A stretch of DNA of 63,016 nt, filler included, from Rhabdomonas costata (lineage: Eukaryota): the NCBI GenBank assembly GCA_019059605.1. It is 57 parts of 57 records of this genome, joined end to end, with 100 filler letters (N's around TTAATTAATTAA, not from the genome) between each part and the next. Parts side by side here need not be neighbours in the genome. Positions count along the whole stretch, not along the records: positions 33,233 to 34,240 come from JAHMHO010033920.1; positions 34,341 to 35,348 come from JAHMHO010033921.1; positions 35,449 to 36,456 come from JAHMHO010033922.1; positions 36,557 to 37,563 come from JAHMHO010033923.1; positions 37,664 to 38,671 come from JAHMHO010033924.1; positions 38,772 to 39,778 come from JAHMHO010033925.1; positions 39,879 to 40,885 come from JAHMHO010033926.1; positions 40,986 to 41,992 come from JAHMHO010033927.1; 49 more parts are not named here. The stretch is one strand, 5' to 3'. Positions within the stretch are counted from its first letter, which is position 1, and each line of letters opens with the position of its first letter. The position numbers and the translations under genes are program-made. The notes below the pieces were generated by a model. That model saw only the letters and a program-made list of their open reading frames with translations, searched no databases and was not told where the DNA came from. This document shows positions 33,942 to 46,520 of this stretch, one piece after another.

Positions 33942-36556
33942 GTGCGGGCAGTGACTCAAGTTTAGAAACATGCGAGATGCGAGAAAGTTCCCAAAGGGCG
34001 CACCAATTTTGGTTGTCACACCAGAACGAAGAATGATTTTTTTTGCTATCATCGAGTCCAGTGGGTTGGAGGAGGTATGAGGTGTGGCCGTTCAGGGATT
34101 CCTGTTTTCAACTGGGAAAAAGAGTTTGTATCAGAGTTAAGTTTGGACTTTTTAAGAAGCAAAAAAGCATGTAATAAGTGACAAAATAAATAATGTAAGC
34201 AAGCAACTTCATCGGGAAACACACCAAAAGAAAACAAAACNNNNNNNNNNNNNNNNNNNNNNNNNNNNNNNNNNNNNNNNNNNNTTAATTAATTAANNNN
34301 NNNNNNNNNNNNNNNNNNNNNNNNNNNNNNNNNNNNNNNNATGGAAGCAACGTCGTAATACGGGGTCAGCAATCATTTCCAAAAAAAGAGTCCTTTCAAG
34401 TTTGACCATTTTCTCGGTAAAAACCCCAATGGCATGAAACCAACGCCAACGCTTGTGATCACATCTTTCCAAAAATAACCCCGAAAATCTGCCACGAGGC
34501 AAAACCCGGGATGCTAAAATCTTCAAGGGCAGACCCCAACGCTTTGATACGACTTTTGACGGGCGGTTTCTTTTCCTTGCGCAAACTGCGCGGTGGCACC
34601 CGAACGTTTACTTCAGGCCCCACATCCCATCACTGACCATTTTTTGTGGGGTTTCATTTAAAATAAAAGCCTGTCGCTAAAATTTGTCTTAAACTTTCCT
34701 GCCGCATTTTGTTTCCAAATTACCAACGGGTTTAGCGCCTTACTTTTTCGTTTCTCGCCTTCCATTTGGAGTACCGACCGCCAACCGGGGCTTCAAAATC
34801 AGTCAAAGTGCATTTTTTCCTTTCCTCTGTGTCCTTTCTGTTCTTTCAATCTTTCTGTGTTGAACTTCCCGTGTGCACAACACCTGAAAGTCTCCAGCAC
34901 CTTCGAGCGCCTCGGTTTAACTTCACCTCATGCACCCATTGTTTACTAACATTCGTTCTTGTCATCTTGTATGATTGCAATGTAGATACAATGACCACTT
35001 CGATTGTGCGTGCAAGCTTCGTACAGCATCCGTATCTCGCAACCGCCATCTCATTTGTTCACTCTCACCGTATAATGCACATGAAGCTCTTTCACGTTTG
35101 CCAGTGCACGCTTTTTGCACATGACAGACCGTCGTCCCAACTAAAAATCCCTAACGTTCTGACACCAAAACCAAAGGCCTAACCCATAATGCAAATACCG
35201 ACGCAAGAAATCCACCCACCTCCGAAATACACGCACCCGCCTCCTCACCATTACCACAACGACAAAATCCAACACCCGAAGACAGATCCAGCCTGAAGAC
35301 CCCACCCCTAACTACACACTATCATCGACTACTTCACCCCAACCAACCNNNNNNNNNNNNNNNNNNNNNNNNNNNNNNNNNNNNNNNNNNNNTTAATTAA
35401 TTAANNNNNNNNNNNNNNNNNNNNNNNNNNNNNNNNNNNNNNNNNNNNGTGGTGTGGGCGAGCGAGCGAGTGAGTGAGTAAGTGAGGGTGAAATGAGTGG
35501 GTGAGCCACTGATTGGAGTTACCCCGTGGACCCGAACATATGCGGTCACAGTATTGGAAATGCTCGTCTTTGTGAGGTGCAGCCCGCAACTCGTTGCTTC
35601 TGGTTGGTGGATATCATTGGAAGGAAGGATTTTTCTTGGTTAGCTTCCAACGCGATTGCGCATTCTTGCCGGTGATGGCCACTTGATGACGATTGCTCGG
35701 TGATGAATTGTCCACTCTGAATCCGAATGGGTTTTCCTCCCGTAAACAACATTAATCTCATCTCTTCACGGCAGCACACAAGCAAAGGGAGACATAGGGA
35801 GAGCATGTTGCCCGGGTGGGCCCCCCAGATTCTCCGAAACTCTGAAACATGTGCATTTTTCCGATACCTGCGGGTTCGCTCCATTTCCAGAAAAAGAAAA
35901 ACACGGAAAGGTTTTTACACTGACTTTTTTGCATTTGGAAGTTTCTTCTATTGACTTTTATTTCTCCTGTCCATGGCTCTAGTATGTGGTGTCGTGTATT
36001 CTGAGCCGTTTGACTAGACAGCCAAGTCAGCCGTCTCACTTTTTTTTCTCAAAAAGGGCACCACCGGCCTATCGCCTGTCGCTGCAGATGGCATGATGCA
36101 AGAAACTGAAAAAATCGAAAGAAAAAATGCTGAAAAAAGTTAAGCCGCAAAAAACTGGGCCGGAAAAGCCGTGAGAAAATTCAGGGTCCGGCTTCTGGAG
36201 CTAACCGCGAAGGTTTTTGGTGAAATTCAGGTCTCGAAACTCAAATTCCCCACTCGCATCGCAATGTTTTCAACCGCCTGCTTTGCTTTGTGGTGGGCTG
36301 GCAGACATAATTTTTCCCGAAATTGATCGCGGGTTCCTCCACGCATTCTCCACCAAGCGCTTGTCCTTCGCTGCTAATGTAAATTACTGCATTGCCTTTT
36401 GCTCAGACCCTGAACACTCTGTGCGCTGCTGCCGCGACTCGTTTTCAAAACAGAGANNNNNNNNNNNNNNNNNNNNNNNNNNNNNNNNNNNNNNNNNNNN
36501 TTAATTAATTAANNNNNNNNNNNNNNNNNNNNNNNNNNNNNNNNNNNNNNNNNNNN

Positions 36557-36584
36557 TGTGGGGTGTGTTTGGGGTTGTTTGTTG
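36557..36584 (+). other. Remnant of the WGA universal primer plus a G/T-only semi-random decamer
   Basis: TGTG-GGGTGTGTTTGG followed by GGTTGTTTGT at the contig start. Confidence 0.8.
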
Positions 36585-39279
36585 ATCATTTTGTGTTGGG
36601 GAGCGGGGCTTGGTGTATTTATTTGAAGCTGGTGTCAAGATTCATACTAATATGACGTTGATGATATGCACGGTCTTTCGGAATGCGGAAAGCCCCACCC
36701 CAGAAGAAGTCCGAAAATTAATGCGCTGGGTGCTGGGGGTCCAATTTAGACCGGGCCCCTACACTGCCGGAAGTCTTGCTGATTCCATGACATGCGGAAC
36801 CACAGGTCCCACTGCAATCGGTTACTCCTTAATTAAACGGGTGCTTGCTTGCTTGCTTGGCATTGTCTCCAAGAAGGCTGGTGGAACCTACGATTTTGAC
36901 CAACCCCGAGAGCGGTTGGGACTGTACCCCATCTCCTGGTGTCGTTTCTTCCCGCTAATCCTCTGGCGATCGACCTAGCGATGAGGCCCAGGTACTCGTA
37001 TGGATCCGACCCACTTCGTGTTGTCGTTGCATGCAAACTACGCAAGAACAAACCAATGTGCCCTGCCAAAGGCTGGCAGTGCAAGCTATAGGCTCCAGAT
37101 GTACTAAGTGTCCCATTTAAAATGAGGCAATTCATTTTTGGAATTACTCACATAAATACATACTTTATGGGCGGTATGGGGTGGTGCGGCAGCACGTCGT
37201 GGGAGAATATTTCTGGTCACGGACCTGGGGTTTAGGCATTTGCGTGATAGAATATAGAGATCTTTTTATGGTTGATGCATATAAAAATATACAGGATCGT
37301 GTGGTGTATACGAGGTTACTGGCTACGCAGGACCCCCTCCACGTGTCCGCCACGCTGGGGAACACGACGGCGACCCCTAAGAGGGAGGTTTGCCATCGCT
37401 GCCTTAGCAGTTGAGAGGAAGAGGCGAGTGATAGCCTGAGAAGTGGGTTCGGAGTGCGCGGATGGAGGGGACTGGCTTGGCAAATGTTACCCCCTTGAGA
37501 TAACCTCACAGGGAGAAATCCAAAGGGGAGTGACCGAGGTGGTATGGGACATCAACCCCTTGGNNNNNNNNNNNNNNNNNNNNNNNNNNNNNNNNNNNNN
37601 NNNNNNNTTAATTAATTAANNNNNNNNNNNNNNNNNNNNNNNNNNNNNNNNNNNNNNNNNNNNAACGACAGACACATAAACAGAAAAACAGAAGCCCTCT
37701 GCTGCTCTGCCCCATGAACAGAAACAGGGATCCGAGATTAAAGGTGCGGCGAATGAAAAGCAACCCCGAAACCCCGAGTTCTGTGAAAACATCGCCAAAA
37801 CGTCATGTCCAACGAAGGGCATCTGTCCTCCACACTGCACGCAAGAAAATCATCCCACTCCGTGGCGTTTCAGTAAAAACAGGTGTGTGTGTGTGTGTGC
37901 GTGAGTGAGTGAGCGGGAAATCATTTTGCAGGACGAATCTAGGGAAACCCAAAGCAGCGCTTCGATCCACACCACTGAGGCCGACAGCTCTGCAGGCTGC
38001 TTTTTGCAAATTGTGTGTTGAGGCGGTTGTGTGTTTTTGGGTTCCGTAAAGGGCAGTTTTGATAAAGCATGACATGTCATGAGCACGTCTGCTCTACGGG
38101 CTTCCGATTGGAATCATTTCTCCGACACACTCTTTCTCAATCTAAGCCTTTTTCCCTGTCCCAGCGGCCTCGTACCCTTCTGCAAGGAGTTCTCCATCCA
38201 GTGCGGAATGTCTTTCTTCGGGACAATATTCAGAATGCGCTGCTCCGGCTGCAGCGTACCGCAAAAATTCATTGCGGCCTCGCGGCACCTTCGCCGCTGG
38301 GTTTCCTTGATGTCATATTCCAACACGCATAAATCTTCCTACACGGCCACCCGTTTGGGCTGCCCACTCATCATTTTCCCTGACGTCGTCAACTACGCCA
38401 AGGTCGCAGCTACCTGCTGATCTATGTCCTTTCCGTCAGCATCCACCGCAGGGTGCGGCCGCTCGCGCCTCGGACAATCGCGGCCGCGAGCATAGCCTTC
38501 TTTCGCTGCTCCGTTGACGCCGCAGCGGTCCCCGCCTGCTCTTTCCTGTCAACCAGTTGTGCATGCATATTCAGGGCTTCTCCACCCGCAGCTTCAAGGT
38601 GGCGCAGAATCGACATCACCGTGCCTCAGCTTCCACAACTGAAGTCACTCCTGCAGGATCTCACAACACACNNNNNNNNNNNNNNNNNNNNNNNNNNNNN
38701 NNNNNNNNNNNNNNNTTAATTAATTAANNNNNNNNNNNNNNNNNNNNNNNNNNNNNNNNNNNNNNNNNNNNAATAAATCAATTGATACAACAAACAGTGA
38801 AAACGTCTCATCACCGCTTTAGATTATTCAGCCATTTTACGAAATAAAGACCCCGGAAAGAGAGAGAGGTTGTCTGAAGCGATGAGACAGATTGTATGGA
38901 CTGCAGTCTTGCAAGTTCACAGCAGTCGATGCCATTTTTGATGCTGTGTGCTGTCCTTTGTCTTTGAGAGGCATTGGATTGCTCAGACTTTTGGTCATCA
39001 GCTGACTGATTTGTCTATCATCATTCTCTTAATCACACTCCTATAATGCAAGCTCTGTGGTCCGCTTCCATCAGAAGCCACCGGCGCTCTGCAAAAGTGG
39101 AACCACGCTCCTATAACGCTTGAGGTCCGAGCTTCTGATATTAAAATCGACGATTGGGCTACTGAAAGGGCTCCCTATTCACGAAGGAAACTCTTGAGCC
39201 GTGAAACTCTGGCGCCCAGAGCGACGGGCCAGAAGCACCCAGGAGAATTCACCACAGGATCATCTGAGGGGTTTCGGGG

Positions 39280-39588
39280 TTACTTGGGGGAGTGAGGCGG
39301 AAGAAGGTCAATGTACTGGCCAGCAGCCTTGCCGGTGGTCTGCCGAAGCTCGTCGATGAGACGGCACCAGTTGGGGGTCAGCGTCCCCACAAAGTAATCG
39401 CAGTCCATGTGAAGCATAAGGTTGCCCAGCGAGTGCACCAGCAAATGCCGCCCCCCAAGCTGCTCCACCGATCGCTGGGGCCCCCAATTGTGGCGCTCCT
39501 CTTTGGAGTACACGAAGGCCCACCGAGGAAACTTCCGAGTCTCGTTAACAACCTCGTCGGATTCAGTGGACAAGAAGATGGTCCGAAC
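39280..39588 (-). CDS. Alpha-1,6-fucosyltransferase-like (FUT8/NodZ, GT23) C-terminal exon
   Basis: IFLSTESDEVVNE and SLGNLMLHMDCDYFVGTLTPNWCRLIDELR match the GDP-fucose-binding motifs; acceptor tctctacag|. Confidence 0.82.
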   Translation of the reverse strand, partial: VRTIFLSTESDEVVNETRKFPRWAFVYSKEERHNWGPQRSVEQLGGRHLLVHSLGNLMLHMDCDYFVGTLTPNWCRLIDELRQTTGKAAGQYIDLLPPHSPK

Positions 39589-39930
39589 CTGTAGAGACAC
39601 CAACGACTGCAACAACAGCATCCAGCATCCCCATCCCAAGCATAGACGGCTAGAAGCCCACAAATGCACGGCAGGGACCCACGGACCGCAAGCAATTTTG
39701 CCTAGACATCCGTGCATCGCCCTCTAACCCACCACAGATCGGTGAGTGCGAGTGAGTCCCAGAGTCGTACCAACCACCNNNNNNNNNNNNNNNNNNNNNN
39801 NNNNNNNNNNNNNNNNNNNNNNTTAATTAATTAANNNNNNNNNNNNNNNNNNNNNNNNNNNNNNNNNNNNNNNNNNNNCCAGCACTAGGAACAGGGCCCG
39901 CATTTCTTTTCTGCTTCCACGGGAAAATAC

Positions 39931-40829
39931 CTCCTCCTCTTCCTCTTCTTTCTGCTTGGGGCGAATGATCACCATGTCGTCCTTGTTCACGATGTGGTAG
40001 TCCTGCACTACCACGAACACGAAGTCTGCATACGCAACCCACACTCGGACAGGAAAGGAAAACCCACACCAGCGCGGCCACAACAATAATGGATGCATGC
40101 AGGAATGGCTAATCCCCCTTCACTGAAAATTGAAAAACCTAACTTTGTCAATACGCCCGTCACGGCGACAGATTGTTAGTTAGCTCGCCATCAAACATAA
40201 CCTGACACATTTCAAAGAATCGTTCAACGGCATCAGGTTTTATATCGGGCAGGATGTAAGAGATTGAAATTGATAATGTCGAATTCACGCAAAGAAAACA
40301 GGAGGAGAACAACGCGAGACATACGCTCCCCCCATCCCCCCGATTTGCAATTGCACAGCCAAAGGGAATGGTGTTCTGCAACGCCAGATTCCCGCACCGG
40401 ATAATTGGGTTTTTCAGTTTCTACCCCTCACCCACCACGGAGTAAATCAGCAACCGAGGAAGGAAGAGGAGGAACAGAAACCCTTCTCTGGGGCGACAAT
40501 GATTTCGTGCTTCTTCGACCGCAGCCTCAGGAACATCAGGTCGTTCTGAACAGGGTCAAAAGTCACATGAAGAAAAGCGCCCTACCGTCGAATAAACGTC
40601 GTTGAACTTACTAAAGCAAAAACGCCGAAACTGCGGAGAAGTTGAGCTGTCGTAGAGTACCAATCGAGTCGGAAATTTCCATTTGGCAAGACTGAAGATC
40701 CTCGCACTTCTTCAGGCGAGTGAAAGTGGACATACGGAGGCGTCCAAGGTCCGCACCACGGAGCGGGTGAGATTCACAAAGGCGTGCACGCTCTTCGCAT
40801 ACTTCCCCACATCGCAGTCCGTCATCCCC
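39931..40829 (-). CDS. DYNLRB: Dynein light chain roadblock/LC7, three exons (40736-40829, 40482-40545, 39931-40025)
   Basis: Spliced GMTDCDVGKYAKSVHAFVNLTRSVVRTLDAS|NDLMFLRLRSKKHEIIVAPEK|DFVFVVVQDYHIVNKDDMVIIRPKQKEEEEEE with the NDL.FLR.RSKKHEI.VAP signature; GT-AG introns in consistent phase. Confidence 0.92.
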
Positions 40830-41279
40830 CTGGCAAGCCCGAAAAACAATCTTGCAATTTCTACCAGGAAAATTCCACACAAAAANNNNNNNNNNNNNNN
40901 NNNNNNNNNNNNNNNNNNNNNNNNNNNNNTTAATTAATTAANNNNNNNNNNNNNNNNNNNNNNNNNNNNNNNNNNNNNNNNNNNNCTGTGTGTGGGACGA
41001 GCAAAGAAGCCAGCTAGTTAACCGCTGGTGCTCGGCTGTTGATCCGCAGTGGTTTCAGCAGGGAAAATGGAAGCGCTGTGACTCTCGAGTTGGCTGAAGT
41101 TTTTTGAGATTACGAGATTTTTTCCGAGATTACGGCATCCGCAAGAAGCAGCACATGCTTTCTTCACCATTATCGTGCGCCGTCATCATATGTCTTGATT
41201 TCTTCCACAGTGCGAATTATAAAGGACAAAAGACGTCCCTCCCCCCACCTTCAGGTCCACCGCCGACCCAACAACGTAC

Positions 41280-41430
41280 ATCATACGTGGTTTCCAAAGG
41301 GTCGTTTCCGGTACCCCCGCACTTGCAGCATGGCCGCAGCCCCTCCTCCTCCTCGTTCACGTAGCCCCGGCTGCCGCACCCCACACACTGCACGGTGGGG
41401 TCCCCGGGGTCGTTGCCCGACCCCTTACAC
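41280..41430 (-). CDS. Exon with DnaJ-type CxxCxGxG zinc-finger repeats
   Basis: CKGSGNDPGDPTVQCVGCGSRGYVNEEEEGLRPCCKCGGTGNDP; acceptor aaatag|. Confidence 0.65.
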
Positions 41431-43299
41431 CTATTTTTGTTTGTAAAAAAGGAACCATGGAAGCCCCACGTAAAACTCTTATGATGACTACCCTTCTCCT
41501 GAGCTGACGATCAACTCCCCACTCATCAGGACAGCAGAAGAGATTCCAAGATCCAATGTTACGAAACATCACATTAGTGTAACATAACATGCACGCCCGC
41601 TTCGTCTCGATCGTGAGATCCTCATGCCTAGAATGCAATGAAAACAACGCTGTTGCTATCAGGGGGGAAACCCCATGTACTTTGCAAGTGAACTGAAAAA
41701 ACGTGAGCACAAAGAACTAACAAGCGGTGCACATTGCCACGGAATCCGGCCTTCTCCTGGCCAATCAGCTGGTACAGCGCCGTCATTCCTGTTCATGATG
41801 AATCCACAAGTCAATCCCACATCGTTTCGAAGAGCGCAGTATGGAGAAGAGAACTCATCCACTGGGTAATACGCTGAACTCAAAGGTTAACTTAAAACTG
41901 AATCTGCCACTGCGCTGTTGTGGCCCACACAACCAGCAGAACGCTTCCACAGGGCGGGGGGATGTAGGTGGCAGGGGCAGGGGAGGTCCATTNNNNNNNN
42001 NNNNNNNNNNNNNNNNNNNNNNNNNNNNNNNNNNNNTTAATTAATTAANNNNNNNNNNNNNNNNNNNNNNNNNNNNNNNNNNNNNNNNNNNNCTCCGGGG
42101 TCCCCATTTGTCACACGTAACAACTTTTGTAACTCTTTCTTGCCGACAATTTACGATGAACTTATCGGATATTAATATTGCACAATTCTACATTAGAGCT
42201 ATTTCTTTTGAAAGTTGTTTTGATAGGCTTTTGTTTTGATATATGCTAAATGGATCGAAACAAGCGCGCGAACCACTTGCATAGCGTGCTCAGGGTCTAC
42301 TTGCGCTGCTCCGCAGCTCCTCATGCGAGCCAAATGGAACCCAAGTCGCTCCTCCAACCCCAGTAGAAGTAGGATGTTTGGGAGCCCTAAATCGCGAGAA
42401 TGAACCCGCCGAAACGATCCCATGATCTCCCATGGTGCAATTGGCGACGACATACGATTACCCGACAAGACGTGGGCAACTTCCGCGCCGAACTTGCACG
42501 GATGTCGATCTCGGTGCCGTTAAGGACCCGAGGATGTTCAAAACCACGCAACACGAGCAATCCTCGGCATGGGACGGGCGGTCAAGGTGAGGAATCTCTT
42601 TTACCGGGATGATAAATAGAAGGTGATGCACACCGACTTGATGCCCAAATCCCGATTGCCCCATTAAAAACGTAAGCAGCGCAAGTAACATCGTCGTGAA
42701 CGTCACTTTTGCATCGCCTGTGACCATCGCCGGCAACAAGCGCGAATGAAACAAGGGAAAAAAGGAGAGAAACGAAAAGTTGGCCGGAGGCTGATTGGAA
42801 AAACAAGCAAGGCGTGTTTTGGAGGAAGGGGAAAGGACCAAAGCCAAGCTGGAAAAGACAGCTCCGAGGAATAACAAAAACAAACATGGGGGAAAACACA
42901 ATGCAAGATTGCACGGCTGGAACCCTGCTAAAACGCTTTACCAAAGAAGCATTTTACCACGCGGTCGTTTTGTGAAGTCCGGGCTCAATAGGCAAAACGG
43001 GGCAGCATGGTGCAGCCGCGGTCTTTGTTTCGGAAGCAAAACAAGGAAAAGGAAGTAAATGGGGCGGCTACTACTGCAAGGCGCCCCGCCCCACACAACN
43101 NNNNNNNNNNNNNNNNNNNNNNNNNNNNNNNNNNNNNNNNNNNTTAATTAATTAANNNNNNNNNNNNNNNNNNNNNNNNNNNNNNNNNNNNNNNNNNNNG
43201 GGTGTTGGGATGAACGATACTGAACTCCCAATTGCTTTCGCAACCGGAACACGAGTAAGCTTCTTTCCAATTCTAATCTGCACTGTATCTCCAACAAGG

Positions 43300-43590
43300 T
43301 ATTCAAATGTTTGAACTGATGAATGAAAAATAGCCCAACACAATGGGAAGAGGAGTTTCAGTCACACGCAAGAAAAGCCTTGCCTGCAACTCCACTATCT
43401 TCCATTGCAAGCAAACATAGTGCGTCACTGTCAGTGTATTCAATTCGCTACCTTTACCTTCATATGCAAAAATTTGTAGCCTGACTCACGCATAACGTCC
43501 GCAATGGTGAAAGAGTACGAAGCTCCAGACTACAGCAAAGCAAAGTGTTTTGTTGCTACAACTGACACTTGCAAAATCATTGGCGCAGAT
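43300..43590 (-). mobile_element. Decayed Ty3/Gypsy-type LTR retrotransposon aspartic protease
   Basis: MILQVSVVATKHFALL*SGASYSF...VKVAN / NTLTVTHYV...LFLRVTETPLPIVLGY; the catalytic Asp position is TAG (43530-43532), and there is a frameshift. Confidence 0.75.
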
Positions 43591-44490
43591 GGCTGTAAAC
43601 AGTCCCCGTTAAATGTAGATTCCACATCCCATTTGTCCGTGGACAGTGCATTTACTGAGATCAGCGATGATTTGGTATGCTTCGGCGGTTCAGCCACCAT
43701 AAAAAAATGGTCGACGTCAATGAATGCCTTCGGATCGGCAGTTGTGAAGCATTGTATCGCTAACTTTGGAGCGAGCTTTCAGTCTTGAGAATTTGAAGAC
43801 ACCTTAGCTGCCGGTGTTGGCGAAGGACATGCTGTATGTGTGTCCGAAGACAACCCGTGAGATTCCAGTGTCGGCTCGGTTTTTACACGGGGTCGTACTG
43901 GTTACCTTACCGCATCAGCAGCTTGGGATGACGGTGGGTGGCCTGGCAATCGATTTTTTTGATTTTTCTGAGGAAAACTGATGCTCGCATGTACGCAACA
44001 ATCTACTGTATCCAGACTCTGATTCTTTCCACAAGATGTCGCAAAGCTTGCTGAGGCAATCCTCCACGCAGCAGCCGACGGATTCATAGACCTGCTTTCT
44101 GGAGGATTGCCTCAGCAAGCAGGTCTATGAATCCGTCGGCTGCTGCGTGGAATCACGGGGGACACTCCGCATCCTCCTGTCCGGGAACTCTTCATACCCA
44201 CCCCACNNNNNNNNNNNNNNNNNNNNNNNNNNNNNNNNNNNNNNNNNNNNTTAATTAATTAANNNNNNNNNNNNNNNNNNNNNNNNNNNNNNNNNNNNNN
44301 NNNNNNGACCGCTGAGAAAGGGCCGCGTAAAGGCCAAGGAGAAATGAGGGACTATGCTTAGGCATTCGGATCAGCCTCAGTGCGGCTTCTGTACGTGGCA
44401 CAAGTAAGCACACGTTTTGCAGGGCAGCCGGTGACATCGTGGGAGGGGAAGAGCTCCGTCCCTGTTTGGAGAACGCTGCATATCTGTCAC

Positions 44491-44849
44491 CTGGTTTTCC
44501 ATGAGCATTTCCGCCCTTGGCTTTTCCACCTTTGGATTTCCCACCTTTAGTTTTTCTGCTGCTAGCCTTCTGGGCAGGAGGATCGTCCTCAGCAAAGCGG
44601 AGGCGGTTCTCAACTTCCACAAAAGCCGGGCCTGTCTTCCTGGGCTCAGAGCTCTCACATGTGCTGGAGTCAGCGCCGCTCCCCTGCTTCTCTTCCTCAG
44701 CTCGAGGAGTCTCCCCGCTGGGGGTGGTCTGCTGCCACTGCTCAAGAGAATACCTCCCCGAGGTAGAGGGATCTCGCGAGGGTTTGCGGACCCGCACCTT
44801 GCGCGCCGGCTCGGCATCCTTGCTGGCCACGGGTGAGGGTTTGGTCGTC
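44491..44849 (-). CDS. Probable exon of a disordered Lys/Gly/Ser-rich protein
   Basis: Open GC-rich frame with KTKGGKSKGGKAKGG repeats, bounded by tttcgtgcag| and CCAG|gtgaca. Confidence 0.35.
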
Positions 44850-45567
44850 CTGCACGAAAAACCCGCAATGCGGCGAGTGTCGCCAAGCTGGCCTTTGCGA
44901 GGGGGGCAGAAGATACAGCACACGCCTCCAAACACTGTAAGTAGCCGGGAGTAAATACGGTAAATACGGGTGATATACCAACACGCACGTCACTAGATAC
45001 AAACCAGCGACACGTATTCTGGTTCTCCAACCTAAACACATAGTCGCTTTCATGGGAATACATCTTGCGCCACATCGGAGACTCGGAGACGGCGATCACT
45101 CGTACCATCGCAGAATACTGAGGCAACACTGATAAAACGATGGCACTTCCTACAAACGTGATTCACTGTCATGCCCTAACAAGGTTCACGCTCACAAGGT
45201 TCACTTGCTGCGACTATTTTGGTATCTCCTTTACCCCCCTGTATGGGCCATTCCAGTCACGGAAACACCACCTCACTATTTTCCACAAACTAGCAATATC
45301 TCGAAACACACCCNNNNNNNNNNNNNNNNNNNNNNNNNNNNNNNNNNNNNNNNNNNNTTAATTAATTAANNNNNNNNNNNNNNNNNNNNNNNNNNNNNNN
45401 NNNNNNNNNNNNNGTTTTTGGGTCCATGCAGTTCTGCACCGCTTCCTCGTTGAAACCCATTTTTCCTTTTCGTTTTCCTTACATGGGTTGTGTTCCGTTC
45501 CCTGGGCAATTGCCGAGTGCCAGCAAATCGCTTTTCCTCACTGCACCGCGGTACCGCATTGCTTCAG

Positions 45568-46212
45568 GCCCCGAAGATGAGACTCCGATGCAGGAGTCCC
45601 TCAGGGACCCCACGGGGTTCTTCCCTGCACTGGACGGCACCGCGCTGTTTGCGATCTCCAGCCTGTTAAACCACTCCTGCGTACCCAATGTCAGCCTGAT
45701 GTACCCGCCCTCGGGTCTGGAGCCCGTGAAGGTAATTTTTATGGCGCCTATGCCTCGCCTTTCCTCACATATGTCCCTGCTTCGGCCTTTCTGCTTTGTC
45801 AAAGCTTGGGACGAGCCGCCTCCGGTTCCCCTTTGGATTCCTTTCTTCGCAACCTTCTCCATGTCCTTCTCAACGTTTGCGTTTCTATTTGTGCGCCACT
45901 GATCAAGACTTGCAGGGAACCCTCATCACCAGTCCGTGTTTTCTGTTATAGGTGTTGCGCACTACTCCGCGTCACGATGGGCCTTGGGATTAGTGGGGGG
46001 GATCCTAGGTGGACTGTGTTGCCCTCCGGGACATTGCCGAGGGGGAACAGCTGACGCTGTGCTACCTGGACGCCGAGGACCTGCGCCGGTCCACCGCCCA
46101 CCGCCAGTCCAGACTGAGGGACTATGGCTTTGTATGCCGCTGCGCCAAGTGCAGCTCTGGGGGGACAGCCTCACAACAAGGAACAGGGGCGACGCAGCCG
46201 CGCACCGGTTGA
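45568..46212 (+). CDS. SMYD-type SET-domain methyltransferase, last two exons (45568-45731 and 46009-46212)
   Basis: GTALFAISSLLNHSCVPNV|VALRDIAEGEQLTLCYLD...YGFVCRCAKC: the NHSC.PN, ELxxxY and post-SET CxCxxC motifs. Confidence 0.92.
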
Positions 46213-46520
46213 CACACCGTGGTGACTTTCGGAGTGCTGCGTGGGAAGGCCTGCCTACACAGGATTCCAGTGCGAGTCCATAGCTGCCATTTGCATTATG
46301 TTGCCCGCGCCATCTTAAAAGGCATAGCTTCATAAGTGTACTCTAACGGAGGCATTTTAACTTGCAGACGATTTTATAGAAAAAACCGCCTTTTCATGGC
46401 GCGGTTGGGTGCACAAACCCNNNNNNNNNNNNNNNNNNNNNNNNNNNNNNNNNNNNNNNNNNNNTTAATTAATTAANNNNNNNNNNNNNNNNNNNNNNNN
46501 NNNNNNNNNNNNNNNNNNNN

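Noticed and set aside
36610..37510. Possible decayed LINE region downstream of RT (LMRWVLGV...LAD...G..GP)
   Set aside because: The resemblance is too weak without a profile search.
38114..38660. Broken coding-like frames on the minus strand
   Set aside because: Possibly a decayed element ORF, but there is no diagnostic motif.
40002..40482. Non-canonical GG-AG intron in the roadblock gene
   Set aside because: An acceptor further upstream on the minus strand (tatgcag|, exon start 40025) gives a canonical phase-1 GT-AG intron and a better alignment.
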